A stretch of DNA of 51,027 nt from Nemertoderma westbladi (taxonomy: Eukaryota > Animalia > Xenacoelomorpha), in contig JAUCBJ010002382.1 in NCBI GenBank assembly GCA_032718475.1, forward strand, positions 1 through 51,027, read 5' to 3'. Both the position numbers and the translations under genes were made by a program. This document shows positions 23,439 through 35,500 of the stretch, one piece after another. The notes below the pieces were generated by a model. That model had not been told where the DNA came from, ran no database searches, and saw nothing but the letters and a program-made list of their open reading frames with translations. How positions within the stretch are numbered: the first letter of the stretch is position 1; the number at the start of each line of letters is the position of its first letter.

Positions 23439-24994
23439 TGTGGGGCGAGCCACGAAGTTGGCGGAGCCTTAGCGAATTGACACTGTTAGGGGGTGGGTCA
23501 ATTTATGCAAATAGTTGTCGTCGTCGTCGTTGTCGTCGTCGTCGTCGTCGTTGTCGTCGTCGTCGTCGTCGTTACGATTTTGACATGCTAATAACTTTGT
23601 CGGATTTAAAGCTGCCAAGTTGAAAATTTGTAGGTATCAATATGAGCTAAAGTTGAGATTTTTGAGAGACTTTCAGACACCATCAGTGCAATGGTCTCCC
23701 GCTAGAGGGCCACATGTCTAAACATTAAATGGCCACCCATTTCTTTGCTTTTAATCCGTTTAAGCTGAAACTTGGGAAGTATGTACTAGACCATTAGCTG
23801 TAAATTTCAAAGGAGGCTAATCTGTCTGTAGTTCTCCAGTCTGCCGCTAGAGGGCGAAATGTCCCGAATGTGAAATTATTCTTCCATTTAGTTGTTTATG
23901 ATCTGATTACGCTGAAACTTGTCATATATGTACTAGATGACATCCTGAGTCTTTGTGTGGATTGTAATCGGTCCGAAGTTTTCCAGTCTGCCGCTAGAGG
24001 GCCACATGTCTAAACATTAAATGGCCACCCATTTCTTTGCTTTTAATCCGTTTAAGCTGAAACTTGGGAAGTATGTACTAGACAATTAGCTGTAAATTTC
24101 AAAGGAGGCTAATCTGTCTGCAGTTCTCCAGTCTGCCGCTAGAGGGCGAAATGTCCCGAATGTGAAATTATTCTTCCATTTAGTTGTTTATGATCTGATT
24201 ACGCTGAAACTTGTCATATATGTACTAGATGACATCCTGAGTCTTTGTGTGGATTGTAATCGGTCCGAAGTTTTCCAGTCTGCCGCTAGAGGGCCACATG
24301 TCTAAACATTAAATGGCCACCCATTTCTTTGCTTTTAATCCGTTTAAGCTGAAACTTGGGAAGTATGTACTAGACCATTAGCTGTAAATTTCAAAGGAGG
24401 CTAATCTTTCTGCAGTTCTCCAGTCTGCCGCTAGAGGGCGAAATGTCCCGAATGTGAAATTATTCTTCCATTTAGTTGTTTATGATCTGATTACGCTGAA
24501 ACTTGTCATATATGTACTAGAAGACATCCTAAGTCTTTGTGTGGACAGTAATCGGTCCGGAGTTTTCGAGTCTGCCGCTAGAGGGCGAAATGTAGGAAAG
24601 TGATAACCTTCGCGAATTCCTTGATCTTAATCTATTTAAGCTTAATTTTGGAATATACAGTACCGGTATGTACTAGACCACATGCCTCGTCTTTGTGAGG
24701 AAGGTGATCGATCCGTAGTTCTTTAATATGCCGCTAGAGGGCTAAATGTATGAAAGTGAAAACCTTCCAACATTTCGTTATTTATGATCCGTCAATCGGA
24801 AACTTGGTAGATATGTAATAGACCATAGGCTGTGGCTTTGTAGGGAAACTAATCCTTCCTTCTTCAGTTACCCAGTCTCCCGCTAGAGGGTTAACGTTTT
24901 CCGGGAAAATCTTCTCCTATGTTTTTATAATCCTTTCGAGTTGATACTTAGCATTAACTCATTTCACGTGCTGCGCGAAGGCCCCACTTCGTGT
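23439..24994 (+). mobile_element. Helentron/DINE-1(HINE)-like non-autonomous element, copy 2, with a 292-bp (145+147) higher-order repeat
   Basis: Same termini and microsatellite as copy 1; T-rich insertion site with no TSD seen; nine monomers. Confidence 0.78.
23699..24891 (+). promoter_or_regulatory. Array of nine co-oriented CTCF-like motifs
   Basis: CCGCTAGAGGG at 23699, 23844, 23991, 24136, 24283, 24428, 24575, 24731 and 24880; matches the CTCF core consensus CC(A/G)CYAG(A/G)GGGC. Binding is not demonstrated. Confidence 0.6.
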
Positions 24995-26224
24995 TAATAT
25001 ATATCAAGGTCAGTCAGTAATGGTTGGCTGATAGGCCTGTAAATAGCCTCTCGTCAACAAGTCAACCCCACCGACTAGCGGCACTGGCTGTTTATACCAT
25101 CAGTAGTTAGTTATAGGAAATCAATGGCATAGTGGAAAATCCTAAAATCACCTAGGGGGTACATTTTTCATTATTTATTTATTATTTACATTAATTAAAT
25201 TAAAGGAAGCTAATCCAGCATAACGCCGGACCATAAAAATTATACATCTTAACATGCGCGCCAACACATGTTTTACAAAAAAGCGCGCCACACGCCTTTA
25301 AAAAATGCGCCAAAAAAATACGCCATTTATCTTAGTAACCATTACCCTTATAAACCAATACATTAGGAGCAATACTGGTAAGTAAATAAATTTATCGCAG
25401 ATGATTGCACAGGTTATAACACGAAATAGTTTTATTAACTTTATTTTATTATAATAAATAAATTAGGGATTTCATTTAATACAAGGTACAAATATAAGAA
25501 TATTCAAACACAATTAATTGAAAAATTGTTGAATTATATTTTGGAAATATAGAAAATATGCCCTATACACAGGCAGACATACACGACTGTAATCCGTGTA
25601 TGTAATACTGTAGTACCAAATTAGGCATAAGACCGCGGTACTCTCAAACTAAAAGTCGAGTTCAAAGGATCATCCATCACTTATTAAGCCACTCTGTCCA
25701 AAATAGCGCCATTATTATACAGTATAATCCTATTTATACAGCGCCTATTCTAAAATTAATAAGTTATAAGGCGCTTGTAAACCGTATGCTGAAAGCCTAT
25801 TCAGTTCGGGTAACATTATAGTTGGAACCAATAGATCTAGGGGGTAGGCGAACTCATTGTTAAATTTTCTACCAGGATATAGTGTCTTGTTATTCTAACC
25901 AAAACAATAAACAAGTTATTGCGATGAGAGTAATCATATATTATTTGCGTCGATATTCCCTGGCGAGGGATGAAATTTGATTTGATCTACAGAGCCCCCC
26001 CACCCTCACCTATTTGGATTAATAGATTACCAGGTTAATAAGCATTTTTGTGGTAATTCATATTGGCAGCAAGTGTAATTCCTTTAAGGATCGGTGATAC
26101 AGTATCTTTGCTTTGCTTGGGGTGAGTACAAATCAAAGACTAAAGACCTGTACATAACACATGTGTTACTGTAACTTTCGTTTAATGTTTTGGTTCCCCC
26201 AACACGCCTCTGTAACTTGCTCCT

Positions 26225-29200
26225 TATAGCGTACTCATGGTTTTAGAGAATACATAGTAATTCAATGTATTAAAGATTCCACTAGGTGGTGTTAGCGATG
26301 TAAAAGTTTGATTCTTTGCCAAGTTGTGTAGTAGTTGTTAACCTATTGCAAGTATTCAATATGTAAGTTAATTAAATTGTTTTCAAGCTAATAAATTTAT
26401 CATTTTATTTTATACATAATTTGTGATCAAAGAGATAAGATCACTAAATGGCGCCCGATATAAATTTAAATAACTGTATTCAATATTTTAATTAACTGAG
26501 ATATTATAATTGAATTATTTTAATGGAAAATAATTAACTATAATGGATCTGTAATGGAACAGAGGAGATTTGACTCTGACAAACATGAGAAACGGGAACT
26601 GACGTCAATCAAGAGTGTTAAGCATAAGGTGAGTCACAAATAGAGTGTTACATGTGTCAACATCGATTCAATGGCAACTAAATTACGCAATAAGCGTGCT
26701 GGAATCAAAAGTTACTTGAAACAGTTGATGGCAAAAAAGTATGAGGAATTGTCTAGCATCGATGTTGAAGCAGCGTTAGAGTCAACTCAAAAACGGTTAC
26801 AAATAATTTTAGACCTAGATGATGAGATATTGAGTGAAATAGATGAAGATCTAGTAGAAGAGGAAACTTTAAAAAATTCAAACTATGTACTGAATGTTGA
26901 GTATTTCATTGTCTATCTAAAAAATATTCTAGGTATTGGTTTAAAATCCAAACCAGTCACAAGTAGTGCTGCCATTATTGGTAGAGATTCTGAAGTCAAT
27001 ACAACGAAACGTGTTACTAAGTTACCAAAGTTAGAGTTAAAGAAATTTAATGGAAAAATTACCGAATGGCAAGGCTTTATAGAGAGTTTTGATTCTGCAA
27101 TTGGTACAAATAATTCTTTAAATGGAGTGGATAAATTCAATTATTTAAAAACTCTTTTAGAAGGCCCAGCTTTATCGGCAATCCAAGGACTATCTTTATC
27201 AGAAGATAATTATCACGTTGCACTAACCACTCTTAGAAATCGCTATGGTCAAACAGAAGTAATAGTGAATGCACATTTGGAATTAATTGTTGATTACCCA
27301 AGATTTTTCAATTGTGATGACGCAAAGAAATTTCGTGCGTTTTATGATTTTTTAAATATGCATGTTTTACAACTTGAATCATTAGGAATTTCGTGCGAAA
27401 ACTATGAATTGGTAATTTTTCCAAAGATCATGACAAAATTACCAGACGACATTAAATTAAAAATGGGTCGAGATTTAGAATCAAAGACAGATATCAAATT
27501 ACTTTTAAAACATTTAGAACAAGAGGTAATATTAAGAGAGAGATTGAGTGCATATGCAGAAATGTCGAGAACTGGTTCAACTACAAAAGACAAGGAAACG
27601 AGTAAAACTTCAGTCCACACAAATAACACTGCTGGCACTTACCACAATGAGTCAATTAATCAAATTTCAACAATAGCAGCAACAATGAGACCCCCCCAGC
27701 ATCAAAGTGTTTATCCGAGTTACAAGTATTCCAAATCAAATTTGTGTTGTGTATATTGTCAAGGGAGTCATTATGCTGATTTATGTGATGTATTTACAAA
27801 TGTAGAATCGCGTACAGTACATCTACGTAAAGAAGGTCGGTGCTTTAATTGTTTAAGAAAGGACCACGATGCTACAAATTGTATTTCTAAAAAGTGCTGT
27901 TACTTTTGCAAGAAACATCACCATTCGTCATTGTGCTATAAACATTTTAGAACACAAAAACCAGCTGAGAGTAGCATGTGTAATAGAGATCAAATTCAAA
28001 AACCCAAATTGGAAGCAGTTAAGAAAGCTGAGAATAAAATAAATTCAGGAAATACAACGTCACAGCTGCTAATTCCTAATGCAAGCAACTCAAATGCGAT
28101 GTCAATTATTCTACAATTAGCTCAAGGTAATATATCGAATGACGATGATATCTCTAATGTTCAAAAAGTAAATATATTTTTTGACAAAGGCAGCCAACGA
28201 AGTTTTATATCAACGAAAATGGCCAATAATTTATCCTGTAATGTAATTGGTAAAGAAAATATTGAAGTTAATTCATTTGGAGATAAAATAGTTGAAATAT
28301 CATGTCCTATTGTTGAACTTTATTTATTTGGAAAAAATGGTGAAAAGCTACATTTAAGTGCATTAGTATATGACAAAATATGTGGTTCTATCCATGCTGA
28401 TGAAGTTGAAATAAACAGATGTAACCATTTACGAGATTTAGATGTTGCATACCCTATTGAAGGAGGTGTGTTCAATGTTGATATATTAGTAGGACTCGAT
28501 CACTATTGGAAAATCGTACAGGATGACATTTTAAAGGGAGATGGAGGTCCTATAGCAATGAGTAGCATAATAGGTTGGTTAATATCAGGTCCAAAATCAA
28601 CCGAACCAATATTAAATATAGAAGAGAATGAGTTCAATGAGACAAGTTCAACTCACAACTTGTTGTGTTCCATTGATTCCACTGAGTCACAAATTCAAAT
28701 TATTGGTTCAAACTTAAATGTGGAAGAGAAATCAAATTCAATGGTGGATGAGTTCCAACAATTTTGGGAGACCAGCATCAATAAAGATTCTGAATCAGAT
28801 TCTAGTATTATAATTCAAGAGTTAACAAATTCAGCAAAATATGACGAGACAAATAAACGATGGACTGTTGCAATACCATGGAAAGATAATATTCATAAGC
28901 TTTTAGATAATTAAAGATTAGCAAAGAAAAGACTCATAACATTACTCAAAAAGTTAAATACCGATCCAAAGTTATTCAAAATGTATAAGGATACATTAGA
29001 AGAACATATACGGCTAATATATATGTATATTATATATATAAAGCGGCCGATTCAAGCCCTATATCCATTGGAGATTAACTGTAATGATTAGATTTATTAA
29101 ATTGTGTAATTAGAAATGTTAATTATTGAACTAAGTGTAAAATTAACTATTTGTGGGATTCGTAATATTCATACTATATCATATGGTTTTGTTCTAAGTT

Positions 29201-29748
29201 TTATAATTAAAACAAGGTTTAATTAAGAATTTTAACTTGAGATTTATAGTGAAGTGAAGTTTAAGATCTCAAACTGCACTACATAATACGTAAGTTACAT
29301 TAATTGTATTAACATTTGCGTTAAATTGAAGCTATTCGTATCATTTATGTGAGTGTGTAAATATTGTATATTATTATTTTTTAGTATTTTGGTGACAGTT
29401 ATCAATATAGTGATACGAATTGATTTTACATATTGTGTTTCAAAAGTAAATAAACTTACATAAACTGAGTACAGTTTACAGGGGAGTATAGCGTACTCAT
29501 GGTTTTAGAGAATACATAGTAATTCAATGTATTAAAGATTCCACTAGGTGGTGTTAGCGATGTAAAAGTTTGATTCTTTGCCAAGTTGTGTAGTAGTTAT
29601 TCAATGGTATATTGTTTTTCCTGTTGTTGTTGTGGAGTTAACCTATTGCAAGTATTCAATATGTAAGTTAATTAAATTGTTTTCAAGCTAATAAATTTAT
29701 CATTTTATTTTATACATAATTTGTGATCAAAGAGATAAGATCACTAAA
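26225..29748 (+). mobile_element. BEL/Pao LTR retrotransposon, internally deleted (no RT, RNase H or integrase core)
   Basis: LTRs at 26225-26448 and 29487-29748; 5-bp TSD CTCCT (26220-26224, 29749-29753); PBS TGGCGCCCGA at 26449; PPT GGGGAG; C-terminal remnant KRPIQALYPLEI at ~29041. Confidence 0.93.
26671..28914 (+). CDS. gag-pro: BEL/Pao Gag-protease ORF, truncated
   Basis: KLPKLELKKFNG...WQGF (DUF1759-type), three Cys/His knuckles (CVYC..SH...C, CFNC...DH....C, CYFC.KHHHSSLC), protease motif FDKGSQRSF and DILVGLD; premature TAA, beyond which the frame continues for ~35 codons. Confidence 0.9.
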   Translation: MATKLRNKRAGIKSYLKQLMAKKYEELSSIDVEAALESTQKRLQIILDLDDEILSEIDEDLVEEETLKNSNYVLNVEYFIVYLKNILGIGLKSKPVTSSAAIIGRDSEVNTTKRVTKLPKLELKKFNGKITEWQGFIESFDSAIGTNNSLNGVDKFNYLKTLLEGPALSAIQGLSLSEDNYHVALTTLRNRYGQTEVIVNAHLELIVDYPRFFNCDDAKKFRAFYDFLNMHVLQLESLGISCENYELVIFPKIMTKLPDDIKLKMGRDLESKTDIKLLLKHLEQEVILRERLSAYAEMSRTGSTTKDKETSKTSVHTNNTAGTYHNESINQISTIAATMRPPQHQSVYPSYKYSKSNLCCVYCQGSHYADLCDVFTNVESRTVHLRKEGRCFNCLRKDHDATNCISKKCCYFCKKHHHSSLCYKHFRTQKPAESSMCNRDQIQKPKLEAVKKAENKINSGNTTSQLLIPNASNSNAMSIILQLAQGNISNDDDISNVQKVNIFFDKGSQRSFISTKMANNLSCNVIGKENIEVNSFGDKIVEISCPIVELYLFGKNGEKLHLSALVYDKICGSIHADEVEINRCNHLRDLDVAYPIEGGVFNVDILVGLDHYWKIVQDDILKGDGGPIAMSSIIGWLISGPKSTEPILNIEENEFNETSSTHNLLCSIDSTESQIQIIGSNLNVEEKSNSMVDEFQQFWETSINKDSESDSSIIIQELTNSAKYDETNKRWTVAIPWKDNIHKLLDN

Positions 29749-29788
29749 CTCCTTTACTAACCTGCTCCTTTAAATGCCAAGGGGACCT

Positions 29789-30310
29789 ACTACTACTATA
29801 ATCGGCCTGCCGTATTGAAACTGCACATTGAGATTGCTATGTAAGCTTAACAACTTGGCAAGCCCAATGCGGCGTGCAAATGCATAGCATTAAGAATGCT
29901 ATGCCGGCTTATCAACAAAGTTGCACCGCCACAACTCCCTATCCCCCATGACTTTCGCGAAATTATGCGCATCTTCAATGCCAGTGTCCTTTAGGACTCG
30001 TTTCACGAAAGTCATGGGCTGTCCACCATGCTTATTTTATCCATGGGGTTGCCAAAGCAAAGATTGTGTACAGGCTGGTCCTCACGGCGAAAACAATGTC
30101 CTACAAAGCGGAGGCGGCATCGTTCTAGTGTCAAACTTGGGGAACCAATGAGACACCTATGTTATATAGTGTCTGGTTGGAGATGTTTGCATTGACTTGA
30201 CACAATGAACCCGGCGTAGCATTCTTGTGAATGTGCCATGCAGAGATTTGGTGTCCTCAGCAGTTAGAGCCCAGCATGGACTCCCATAGAGGAGTACTGG
30301 AACTACTGCT
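29789..30310 (-). mobile_element. RTE-clade LINE, 3' fragment (copy C), head-to-head with copy D
   Basis: Diverged reverse complement of ~31195-31660, with a (TAG)n tail at 29789. Confidence 0.88.
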
Positions 30311-30319
30311 ACTGGACCT

Positions 30320-31661
30320 GGATTGCTGCAAAGCTATACAATATAATTATATTAAATCGCATCAGGGATCCCATTGAGAGACTGCTCCGTGTAAATCAGA
30401 ATGGGTTCCGTAAAGGTCGTGGGACCATGGAGCCAATTTTGGCACTTAGAAGGATAATTGAAGAGATATCAAAAAAGAAAGACAGGCATCTGGCTGTTAT
30501 CTTTGTTGACTTCTTCAAGGCCTTTGATTCAGTCTCTCGCTCACGTATGTTCAACATACTTTAATTACATGGGATTCCTGATGAAATTATTGCAGCAATC
30601 AGATCAGTATACGATGGTTCGACAACATTTGTGTCTACTGTTGACGGTGACACAGAACCATTTGAAGTGTTATGGGGCGTCCTCCAGGGAGACACACTGG
30701 CACCATTCTTGTTCATAATTGTGGTTGACTATGTTCTACGCATGTCCTTAGATCATCATAATGATGATGGAGTGATGATAACTCCACCTACTGGCTCCAG
30801 AAGTCGAGGAAATCCTGCCAAGTACATATCTGATCTATACTTTGCTGATGTCTTAGGAGTACTCTCAGAATCACTAGAGGGAGCCCAACAGCTCCTCAGC
30901 TCATTAGAACATGCTGCTTCTAGTGTTGGTCTTTTTATTAACTCTAGAAAGACCACAATTTTGACAATTAACTTTGAAAGTCATCAGCAAGTCTCTGATC
31001 GGATGAGCATAAGCTCAAAGGATGGTATGTTTGAGCATGTGGACGTCTTCTGTTACCTGGGATTATGGATCCGGAAGTCAGGTGAGGACCTTCGAATACG
31101 TAAGGGAAAGGCATGGGCAGCCTTGAATAGGCTTTCCAGGATTTGGAAGTCACCAAGAATTAATCGGAAACTTAAGGTCCGATTATTTAGAGCAGCAGTA
31201 GTTCCAGTACTCCTATGTGGGAGTGCATGCTGGGCTCTAACTGCTGAGGACACCAAATCTCTGGATGGCACATTCACAAGAATGCTACGCCGTGTTCATT
31301 GTGTCAAGTACAATACACACATCTCCAACCGGATTACATTTGAGGTGTCTCATTGGTTCCCCCAAGCTTGACTCTAGAACAAAATCGCCTCCGCTTTGCA
31401 GGACATTGCTTTCGCCGTGAGGACCAGCCAGTGCATAATCTTGTACTTTGGCAGCCTCGTGGAGTGAATAAGCATGGTGGACAGCCCATGACTTTCTTGA
31501 GACGCATCTTAAAGGACACTGGCCTTGAAGATGCGGATGATCTAGCAAATCTCATGGGTGATAGGGAGTTTTGGCGGCGCAATTATGTCGACAAGCCGGG
31601 ACAGCATTCTTAAAAATGCAGCTGCAATGCAGCATGCCGATCCTAGTAGTAGTAGTAGTAA
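30320..31661 (+). mobile_element. RTE-clade LINE, 5' truncated RT (copy D), with frameshifts
   Basis: NQNGFRKGRGT, GVLQGDTLAPFLF, LYFADV, RLRFAGHCFRR; tail TAGTAGTAGTAG; flanking direct repeat CTACTGGACCT at 30309-30319 and 31662-31672. Confidence 0.92.
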
Positions 31662-32560
31662 CTACTGGACCTAACGCTTTTTGGGATCTAGCGCGACTTT
31701 ACCTCTTTGTTTTGTACAGGTCCCAAAGAGCGTTAGGTCAATAGGAGTAGGTTAGTAAAGGAGCACGTTACAGAGGCGTGTTGGGGGAACCAAAACAATA
31801 AACGAAAGTTAACACATGTTACGAGATTATGCAGGTTACTTAATTGAGTCTATGTGTTGTACTCACCCACTTTGCGTGATTACTTTGGTAGGTAAGAGCT
31901 GGAGTCAGTGGAGTGATGGAGGTTTATCTGGAAATCCATACAGTAGAGCACACTATTATTTGAATCTTTTCTATAGAAATTATATACAGGCCTGTATATA
32001 CTTAGCCCGGCTAAGACTATCTGTTAGCGCTTTTAGTAAAATATGTTCTTTCAATCTCAATTTCACATGTTTTGACACATTGCAACTACACAGAGATTCC
32101 ATGCACTGTGTGCTTTGAAATTCTGGTCTGATACAACGAACGGAGTTGCGCTAGTGTACCTGTCACCGAGGGCCACTCACTGTATCGATTAGTTATTGAT
32201 TAGTATTGATTTGCTATAAAACTTATTTGGTTCGATACAGTATTTGATTATCTATTGTATTTAACTGAGATATGATACCGGGAGGGTGTGACAACAAAGT
32301 ATAACAAGCAAATTACTGACTAATTAATTCTATGAGGACTCAACTCCAGTGTTTGTGTTTCCCTTTAGGGGAAACGTATTGTGACTTGTCTTTATGTCTA
32401 ATTATATTGATATTTCTACCGTAATCAATTTATGACAACTCTCAATCATGATATAATTAATAATAAGGGCTTTGCATATAATAATGGTCTGAGATATCGC
32501 CATATATTAATTATTTAGTAAATCAGAGGTATGACAACACACGAACCTAATTTTTGTTGA

Positions 32561-35500
32561 TTATTTATTGTTGATTATTCTCTTCCTTTCTTGATCTTTA
32601 CCCTCCTTCATCCCCTGTCGTCTGCCGATCTTTATCCCATCTATCAACCCCAGTCTCCGTCCCTCCTCCACGCCGCGTATCCATCCTATCTCCTTGCCTT
32701 CCCTTCTTCCCTTCATACCATCTAACAACCCCAGTCTCCGTCCCTCCTCCACGCCGCGTATCCATCCGATCTCCTTGCCTTCCCTTCTTCCCTTCATACC
32801 ATCTAACAACCCCAGTCTCCGTCCCTCCTCCACGCCGCGTATCCATCCGATCTCCTTGCCTTCCCTTCTTCCCTTCATACCATCTATCAACCCCAGTCTC
32901 CGTCCCTCCTCCACGCCGCGTATCCATCCTATCTCCTTGCCTTCCCTTCATACCATCTATCAACCCCAGTCTCCGTCCCTCCTCCACGCCGCGTATCCAT
33001 CCTATCTCCTTGCCTTCCCTTCATACCATCTATCAACCCCAGTCTCCGTCCCTCCTCCACGCCGCGTATCCATCCTATCTCCTTGCCTTCCCTTCTTCCC
33101 TTCATACCATCTAACAACCCCAGTCTCCGTCCCTCCTCCACGCCGCGTATCCATCCGATCTCCTTGCCTTCCCTTCTTCCCTTCATACCATCTATCAACC
33201 CCAGTCTCCGTCCCTCCTCCACGCCGCGTATCCATCCTATCTCCTTGCCTTCCCTTCATACCATCTATCAACCCCAGTCTCCGTCCCTCCTCCACGCCGC
33301 GTATCCATCCTATCTCCTTGCCTTCCCTTCATACCATCTAACAACCCCAGTCTCCGTCCCTCCTCCACGCCGCGTATCCATCCGATCTCCTTGCCTTCCC
33401 TTCATACCATCTATCAACCCCAGTCTCCGTCCCTCCTCCACGCCGCGTATCCATCCTATCTCCTTGCCTTCCCTTCTTCCCTTCATACCATCTAACAACC
33501 CCAGTCTCCGTCCCTCCTCCACGCCGCGTATCCATCCTATCTCCTTGCCTTCCCTTCTTCCCTTCATACCATCTAACAACCCCAGTCTCCGTCCCTCCTC
33601 CACGCCGCGTATCCATCCGATCTCCTTGCCTTCCCTTCTTCCCTTCATACCATCTATCAACCCCAGTCTCCGTCCCTCCTCCACGCCGCGTATCCATCCT
33701 ATCTCCTTGCCTTCCCTTCATACCATCTATCAACCCCAGTCTCCGTCCCTCCTCCACGCCGCGTATCCATCCGATCTCCTTGCCTTCCCTTCTTCCCTCC
33801 GCTATGCCTCGTATCCATCCTATTTCCTGCCCTTCCCTTCTTCCCTTCATACCATCTATCAACCCCAGTCTCCGTCCCTCCTCCACGCCGCGTATCCATC
33901 CGATCTCCTTGCCTTCCCTTCTTCCCTCCGCTATGCCTCGTATCCATCCTATTTCCTGCCCTTCCCTTCTTCCCTTCATACCATCTAACAACCCCAGTCT
34001 CCGTCCCTCCTCCACGCCGCGTATCCATCCGATCTCCTTGCCTTCCCTTCTTCCCTCCGCTATGCCTCGTATCCATCCTATTTCCTGCCCTTCCCTTCTT
34101 CCCTTCATACCATCTAACAACCCCAGTCTCCGTCCCTCCTCCACGCCGCGTATCCATCCGATCTCCTTGCCTTCCCTTCATACCATCTATCAACCCCAGT
34201 CTCCGTCCCTCCTCCACGCCGCGTATCCATCCTATCTCCTTGCCTTCCCTTCATACCATCTATCAACCCCAGTCTCCGTCCCTCCTCCACGCCGCGTATC
34301 CATCCGATCTCCTTGCCTTCCCTTCTTCCCTCCGCTATGCCTCGTATCCATCCTATTTCCTGCCCTTCCCTTCTTCCCTTCATACCATCTAACAACCCCA
34401 GTCTCCGTCCCTCCTCCACGCCGCGTATCCATCCGATCTCCTTGCCTTCCCTTCTTCCCTCCGCTATGCCTCGTATCCATCCTATTTCCTGCCCTTCCCT
34501 TCTTCCCTTCATACCATCTAACAACCCCAGTCTCCGTCCCTCCTCCACGCCGCGTATCCATCCGATCTCCTTGCCTTCCCTTCTTCCCTTCATACCATCT
34601 AACAACCCCAGTCTCCGTCCCTCCTCCACGCCGCGTATCCATCCGATCTCCTTGCCTTCCCTTCTTCCCTCCGCTATGCCTCGTATCCATCCTATTTCCT
34701 GCCCTTCCCTTCTTCCCTTCATACCATCTAACAACCCCAGTCTCCGTCCCTCCTCCACGCCGCGTATCCATCCGATCTCCTTGCCTTCCCTTCTTCCCTC
34801 CGCTATGCCTCGTATCCATCCTATTTCCTGCCCTTCCCTTCTTCCCTTCATACCATCTAACAACCCCAGTCTCCGTCCCTCCTCCACGCCGCGTATCCAT
34901 CCGATCTCCTTGCCTTCCCTTCTTCCCTCCGCTATGCCTCGTATCCATCCTATTTCCTGCCCTTCCCTTCTTCCCTTCATACCATCTAACAACCCCAGTC
35001 TCCGTCCCTCCTCCACGCCGCGTATCCATCCTATCTCCTTGCCTTCCCTTCATACCATCTATCAACCCCAGTCTCCGTCCCTCCTCCACGCCGCGTATCC
35101 ATCCTATCTCCTTGCCCTTCCCTTCTTCCCTTCATACCATCTAACAACCCCAGTCTCCGTCCCTCCTCCACGCCGCGTATCCATCCGATCTCCTTGCCTT
35201 CCCTTCATACCATCTATCAACCCCAGTCTCCGTCCCTCCTCCACGCCGCGTATCCATCCTATCTCCTTGCCTTCCCTTCTTCCCTTCATACCATCTAACA
35301 ACCCCAGTCTCCGTCCCTCCTCCACGCCGCGTATCCATCCTATCTCCTTGCCTTCCCTTCATACCATCTATCAACCCCAGTCTCCGTCCCTCCTCCACGC
35401 CTGCGTATCCATCCTATCTCCTTGCCTTCCCTTCTTCCCTTCATACCATCTAACAACCCCAGTCTCCGTCCCTCCTCCACGCCGCGTATCCATCCGATCT

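Larger units (their letters stand above)
26120..31868. mobile_element. Foldback/MITE-like host element with long inverted arms, split by three nested retroelements
   Basis: 26120-26224 joined to 29754-29770 is the reverse complement of ~31743-31868 (shared AACTTTCGTTTA.TGTTTTGGTTCCCCCAACACGCCTCTGTAAC.TGCTCCTTTACTAACCT); internal hairpin at 31668-31739. Confidence 0.7.

Noticed and set aside
21372-23623. Arg-rich protamine-like ORFs at 21372 and 23372
   Set aside because: The poly-Arg comes from the (TCG)n microsatellite of the repeated element.
29789-31661. Single twin-primed LINE inversion
   Set aside because: Both halves contain the 3' end and tail and differ at many sites, which indicates two insertions.
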